From Polymorphobacter sp. (GTDB taxonomy: Bacteria; Pseudomonadota; Alphaproteobacteria; Sphingomonadales; Sphingomonadaceae): a stretch of 64,000 nucleotides of DNA. Location of the stretch: positions 41,881 to 105,880 of the forward strand of contig JANYGL010000046.1 of assembly GCA_025362435.1 (NCBI GenBank). The letters are read 5' to 3'. The notes under the pieces are model-generated. The model searched no databases. It was not told the DNA's origin and saw only the letters and a program-made list of their open reading frames with translations. The translations under genes and the position numbers were made by a program. This document shows positions 59,767-64,000 of the stretch, piece by piece. Numbering within the stretch: position 1 is the first letter of the stretch; each line of letters starts with the position of its first letter.

Positions 59767-61343
59767 TGCGCATAGGCGGGCAGCGTCAGGAACGCCTCGA
59801 GCTCGTCCGCCAACGCCAGTTCGCGGAACACCTCGGCGGCTTCGACGAACTTGCCCGCGGTGTAGAAGTTGTCGCCGACTGCGGCTTGCCACACGTCGAG
59901 CTGCTCGGCGATGACGCGCTCGATCAGCGCCGCATCGACGAGTTCGCCCGAATCGAGGTGCGTTCCGGTCGTCCGCCACTGCCACACCTGGGTGCGGCTG
60001 ATCTCGGCGGTGGCGGCGTCCTCCATCATGTTGTGAAGCGGCGCCGCGCCCTGCCCGCGCAGCCATGATGCGATATAGCCGATGCCGACGTTGATGTTGT
60101 TGGTCAGCCCGGCGAGCGACTTCGGTCCCGGTGCGGGGGTGGTCAACGCCTCCTGCGTGGCGACGCCTTCGGGGATGACATCGAGCTGGTTCGGCCCGGG
60201 CATCGCCTTGTCGAACACCTCCATCGCGACGCCAACGAGCCCCGGATGCGCGACCCAGGTACCGTCGTGGCCGAAGCCGGCTTCGCGCTCCTTGTCGGCG
60301 CGGACCGCGGAGAAGGCCTTGTCGTTGGCGGCTTCGTCGCCCTTGACCGGGATGAACGCGCTCATCCCGCCCATCGCGTGCGCGCCGCGCTTGTGGCAGG
60401 TGCGGATGACGTGGAGCGCATAGTCGCGCATGAACGGCACCGTCATGTTGACCGCCGCGCGGTCGGGCAGCACGTGTGCCGAGTCGGCACGGAAACACTT
60501 GATATAGCTGAAGATATAATCCCAGCGGCCGCAGTTGAGCGCGGCGATATGGTCGCGGAGTTCGTAGAGGATCTCGTCAGCCATGAACGCGCCGGGGAGC
60601 GTCTCGATCAGGACGGTGCCCTTGATCGTGCCCACCGGGAGTCCCATCACCGACTGGGCGGTGACGAAGACGTTGTTCCACAGCCGCGCCTCGAGATAAT
60701 GCTCGAGCTTGGGCAGGTAGAAATACGGCCCCGATCCCTTGGCAACGAGCGCGCGGGCGTTGTGGAAGAAGAACAGCCCGAAATCGAACAGCGCCCCCGC
60801 GACCGGCTCACCGTCGACGACCATGTGCGCTTCGGGCAGGTGCCAGCCGCGCGGGCGGACGAGCAGCGTCGCGATCTTGTCGTTGAGCTTGTAGCTTTTG
60901 CCCTTGTCTTCGAGCGTGATCGTCCCGGCGACGGCGTCGCGCAAATTGATCTGGCCCTCGACCATCGTCTCCCACACCGGCGACGACGCGTCTTCGAAGT
61001 CGGCCATGAAGCACTTCGCGCCCGAGTTAAGCGCGTTGATCACCATCTTGCGGTCGACCGGACCAGTGATCTCGACACGCCGGTCCTGCAGGTCGGGCGG
61101 CGACCCGGCGACCTTCCAGGTGCCGGCGCGGACGCTCGACGTTTCCGGAGCGAAGTCGATCGCATTGCCCGCGTCCCACCACCGCTGCCGCGCGACTCGG
61201 GCACCGAGCAGCGCCTGCCTGGTAGGCTCATACTGGCGGTGGAGGTTGGCGACGAAAGTCAGCGCATCGTCGGTCAGGATCGACTCGAAACCGGGCTTGA
61301 TCGCGCCGGTGATGCGGATGCCGGCCATCGACGGCTGAGTCAT
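59751..61343 (-). CDS. aceB: malate synthase A
   Basis: 530-aa ORF. Full-length malate synthase A pattern (RVEITGP, FMADFEDA, LPKLE, GGMSAFIP..DGTWVAHPG). Confidence 0.93.
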   Translation of the reverse strand: MTQPSMAGIRITGAIKPGFESILTDDALTFVANLHRQYEPTRQALLGARVARQRWWDAGNAIDFAPETSSVRAGTWKVAGSPPDLQDRRVEITGPVDRKMVINALNSGAKCFMADFEDASSPVWETMVEGQINLRDAVAGTITLEDKGKSYKLNDKIATLLVRPRGWHLPEAHMVVDGEPVAGALFDFGLFFFHNARALVAKGSGPYFYLPKLEHYLEARLWNNVFVTAQSVMGLPVGTIKGTVLIETLPGAFMADEILYELRDHIAALNCGRWDYIFSYIKCFRADSAHVLPDRAAVNMTVPFMRDYALHVIRTCHKRGAHAMGGMSAFIPVKGDEAANDKAFSAVRADKEREAGFGHDGTWVAHPGLVGVAMEVFDKAMPGPNQLDVIPEGVATQEALTTPAPGPKSLAGLTNNINVGIGYIASWLRGQGAAPLHNMMEDAATAEISRTQVWQWRTTGTHLDSGELVDAALIERVIAEQLDVWQAAVGDNFYTAGKFVEAAEVFRELALADELEAFLTLPAYAHYFAG

Positions 61344-61495
61344 GAAGAAACCCTTCAGGTGATAGTTTAGCGTTGACGTTCGCCTACCGGAGCGTCACAG
61401 CGCTGACAATCAGGTTCGGTGCTAGTGGGGAGAGGATGGCGGAGGTCGCGAGTCAACGCGCCCCGCCATATCCCGCCGCCCCGGCAGACCCCCCT

Positions 61496-62902
61496 TCAGA
61501 TATCCGAAAATCCGAACGGCGCGCTCGCCCGGCGAAAATCGTCGGGCAAAACGGTACGTCCGATCGGCGGCGCCGACCGCGCGGTGCAGCGCGTGCGGTG
61601 GCACAGATGGCAGGTCACGCCGATCGGTGTTGCGGTGTCGGGACCGGGGCTAAGCGGATCGCGGGTATAGATCAGCCGCGCCGCGTGCTCGGCGCTGCAC
61701 CCCAGTGCGATCGCACGCTCGACCCGGATCGCGCCGAAAGCGCCGCCGCCGGCGGTGACGGTGCGGGCGATCGAGAAGAAGCGCTGGCCCTCGAGCAACT
61801 CGATCCATTGCGTGACGATTTCGCGCGGGCGGCGAAAGACTTGGTGGACCGACCATAAGGGGCAGGCGCCACCGTGGCGGGCGAAGGGAAAGCCCGCGCC
61901 GTCGAGTCGCTTCGACACGTTGCCCGCCGGATCGACGCGGATGAAGAAGAACGGGACGTAGCTGTCGCCGGGCTTCTGTAGCGTCGTCAGCCGGTGCGCG
62001 ACCTGTTCGAAGCTCGCGCCAAACTGGCGGGCGAGCGCCTCGACATCGTAGCTGCGGCGCTCGGCGGCGCGGCCGAAGGCGGTGTACGGCATCAGGATCG
62101 CCGCCGCAGCATAGCTTGCCAGCGCCTTCTGCGTCAGCCGCGCACCGTTTTCGCTGGTGAAGCGGCTCGCCACCATCGGCGCGTCGATCACGCCGCGAAG
62201 GTCGAGATAGGCGAGCTGGAGCGCGAGCTGGAAGGTCTGGCTGGCGTTGTCGAGCGTGTCGTCGAGCAGCACCTCGTCGCGGTGCCGGTCGAAGCGCCGC
62301 ATTGCGCCGCCCATCACCTCCGACGGCAGCCGCCGCACGCGCAACTTGTGGCGCTCGCGCAGGTACCCGGCGAGTCCGCCTGCGTCGGCGACGGCACTGG
62401 CAAGCGCCTCGGCGGCATCGTCGATCGCGGGGAAGTTGTTGCGCCGTGCCGCAAGGAATCGCCGCGCCTCGGCGACCGGATCGGCGGGCGCGTCGCTGCC
62501 CAACCCCTCCGCGCCCTGGTCGGCGAGCGCGAGATGCTCCTCGCGGTAGGCGGTGTAGAGGCGCAGGAACGCCTCGGTGATGCCGGGGAAGCCGTTGACG
62601 ACGTCGGCGGTCTCGATCGCCGGCATGTCGACGTCGGCGAACATCGGGTCCTTGAGCACGGTCTGCAGGCGGGCGATCGTGTCGGCACCGTTGTCGGCAG
62701 CGAGTGTCGCCATGTCGAGGCGGTAGGTCCGCGCCAGCCGCAGCAGCATATCGGCGGTCAGCGGTCGCTGGTTGCGCTCGATAAGCGCCACGTAAGACGG
62801 CGAGATGTCGAGGTCGGTCGCCATGTTTGCCTGCGTCAGGCCAAGGTCGCGACGCAGCCGACGAAGGCGCGGACCCATGTACACGGGGCGATCGTTCGAC
62901 AC
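61496..62902 (-). CDS. XRE-family regulator with ImmA/IrrE-like and DUF2083 domains (RamB/PrpR/ScfR-type short-chain acyl-CoA responsive regulator)
   Basis: HTH LRRLRRDLGLTQANMATDLDISPSYVALIERNQRP. C-terminal Cys set GACPLW..CHLCHRTRC. Start chosen at GTG 62902 (GGAGGGA upstream); alternatives are ATG 62878 or 62968. Confidence 0.85.
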   Translation of the reverse strand: MSNDRPVYMGPRLRRLRRDLGLTQANMATDLDISPSYVALIERNQRPLTADMLLRLARTYRLDMATLAADNGADTIARLQTVLKDPMFADVDMPAIETADVVNGFPGITEAFLRLYTAYREEHLALADQGAEGLGSDAPADPVAEARRFLAARRNNFPAIDDAAEALASAVADAGGLAGYLRERHKLRVRRLPSEVMGGAMRRFDRHRDEVLLDDTLDNASQTFQLALQLAYLDLRGVIDAPMVASRFTSENGARLTQKALASYAAAAILMPYTAFGRAAERRSYDVEALARQFGASFEQVAHRLTTLQKPGDSYVPFFFIRVDPAGNVSKRLDGAGFPFARHGGACPLWSVHQVFRRPREIVTQWIELLEGQRFFSIARTVTAGGGAFGAIRVERAIALGCSAEHAARLIYTRDPLSPGPDTATPIGVTCHLCHRTRCTARSAPPIGRTVLPDDFRRASAPFGFSDI

Positions 62903-63043
62903 CGACACTCCCTCCGATTGTGCAATCCTTACATCAGCACAACGCTTCTCTGTAAAGTGTGACAGCACAACTTCGCAGGGGCTTTCAGCGCTTCAGACGC
63001 CGCCGTAACGGCATCGCACAGTCAAGCGTAAGGTCCGATCCGA

Positions 63044-64000
63044 TGTCGTATCAAGAACATATCGCCCAGGTGAACCACCTCATTGGTGCCCAGAAGGGCA
63101 GCTGGGACGGCATCAGCGCGGAGTCGGTCGCCCGCATGCGACTGCAGAACCGTTTCAAGACCGGCCTCGACATCGCCCGCTACACCGCGACGATCATGCG
63201 CCGCGACATGGCGGCGTATGATGCCGACCCGGCGAACTACACCCAGTCGCTCGGCTGCTGGCACGGCTTCATCGGCCAGCAGAAGATGATCTCGATCAAG
63301 AAGCACTTCGGCTCGACCGAGCGGCGGTATTTGTACCTGTCGGGTTGGATGGTCGCGGCGCTGCGGTCGGAGCTCGGCCCGCTCCCCGACCAGTCGATGC
63401 ACGAGAAGACCAGCGTCCCGGCGCTGATCAAGGAATTGTACACCTTCCTCCGCCAGGCCGACGCGCGCGAGCTTGGCATGATGTTCCGCGACATTGACGC
63501 CGCGCGCGCCGCCGGCGACGTCCTCAAGGAGAAGCAGCTTCTCGCCGCGGTCGAGAACTACCAGACGCATGTCGTCCCGGTGATCGCCGATATCGACGCG
63601 GGTTTCGGCAACGCCGAGGCCACGTACCTGCTTGCCAAGAAGATGATCGAGGCCGGTGCCTGCGCGCTCCAGATCGAAAACCAGGTTTCGGACGAGAAGC
63701 AGTGCGGCCACCAGGACGGCAAGGTCACCGTCCCGCACGAGGACTTCCTCGCCAAGGTCCGCGCCTGCCGCTACGCCTTCCTCGAGCTCGGCGTCGAGGA
63801 CGGGATCATCGTCACCCGCACCGACTCGCTCGGCGCCGGGCTGACCAAGCAGATCGCGGTGTCGAAGGAGCCGGGCGACCTCGGCGACCAGTATAACAGC
63901 TTCCTCGACTGCGAGGAGATCGACGCCTCGACCGCACGGAACGGCGACGTCATCCTCAACCGCGACGGCAAGCTGATGCGCCCGAAGCGGCTGCCGTCGA
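63044..64000 (+). CDS. aceA: isocitrate lyase, 5' part (runs off the window)
   Basis: Hand translation from ATG 63044 gives MSYQEHIAQVNHLIGAQKGSWDGISAES... It is open for all 319 codons to the window edge. Catalytic signature EKQCGHQDGK, and ADIDAGFGN. Absent from the ORF track because it has no stop. Confidence 0.9.

Overview
High-GC (about two-thirds G+C by eye) alphaproteobacterial chromosome segment. Its gene content fits Sphingomonadales best: a PEPxxWA-CTERM protein, a TonB receptor/SapC/cupin/halogenase module and Caulobacter-type oxidative xylose genes (inference). The housekeeping backbone is mltA-smr, the F1 ATP synthase operon atpHAGDC, radA, cvpA-cysS, a Kef-type antiporter, amn, xerD, aroK-aroB, rimP-nusA-ylxR-infB, rbfA, and a glyoxylate-shunt locus (aceB, XRE-type regulator, aceA truncated at the window end). 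The main accessory feature is a 21.6-kb, 14-gene block (36.3-57.9 kb) between infB and rbfA. It carries a GGDEF-EAL protein, a Weimberg-like xylose cluster with a LacI repressor, exported GH3/CE4/GH1 enzymes, and a TonB-dependent receptor with SapC, a JmjC-like cupin and a flavin-halogenase homologue. A 10-bp box, TAGCGCTATC, recurs in three promoter regions of this block and looks like the LacI operator. Other points of interest: ohr plus a small secreted Cys protein embedded inside the atp operon; a ~510-bp non-coding region with ~115-bp structured inverted arms between two convergent genes; a 144-bp nested palindrome; a low-GC3 ribbon-helix-helix plus coiled-coil two-gene cassette with its own repeat operator; and an unannotated 45-codon membrane ORF apparently coupled to a 599-aa exported protein and xerD. 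I found no rRNA, tRNA, CRISPR, transposase or phage integrase. Many long ORFs in the track are antisense or alternative-frame artefacts of the high GC content. All family assignments rest on motif recognition by eye, not on database searches.
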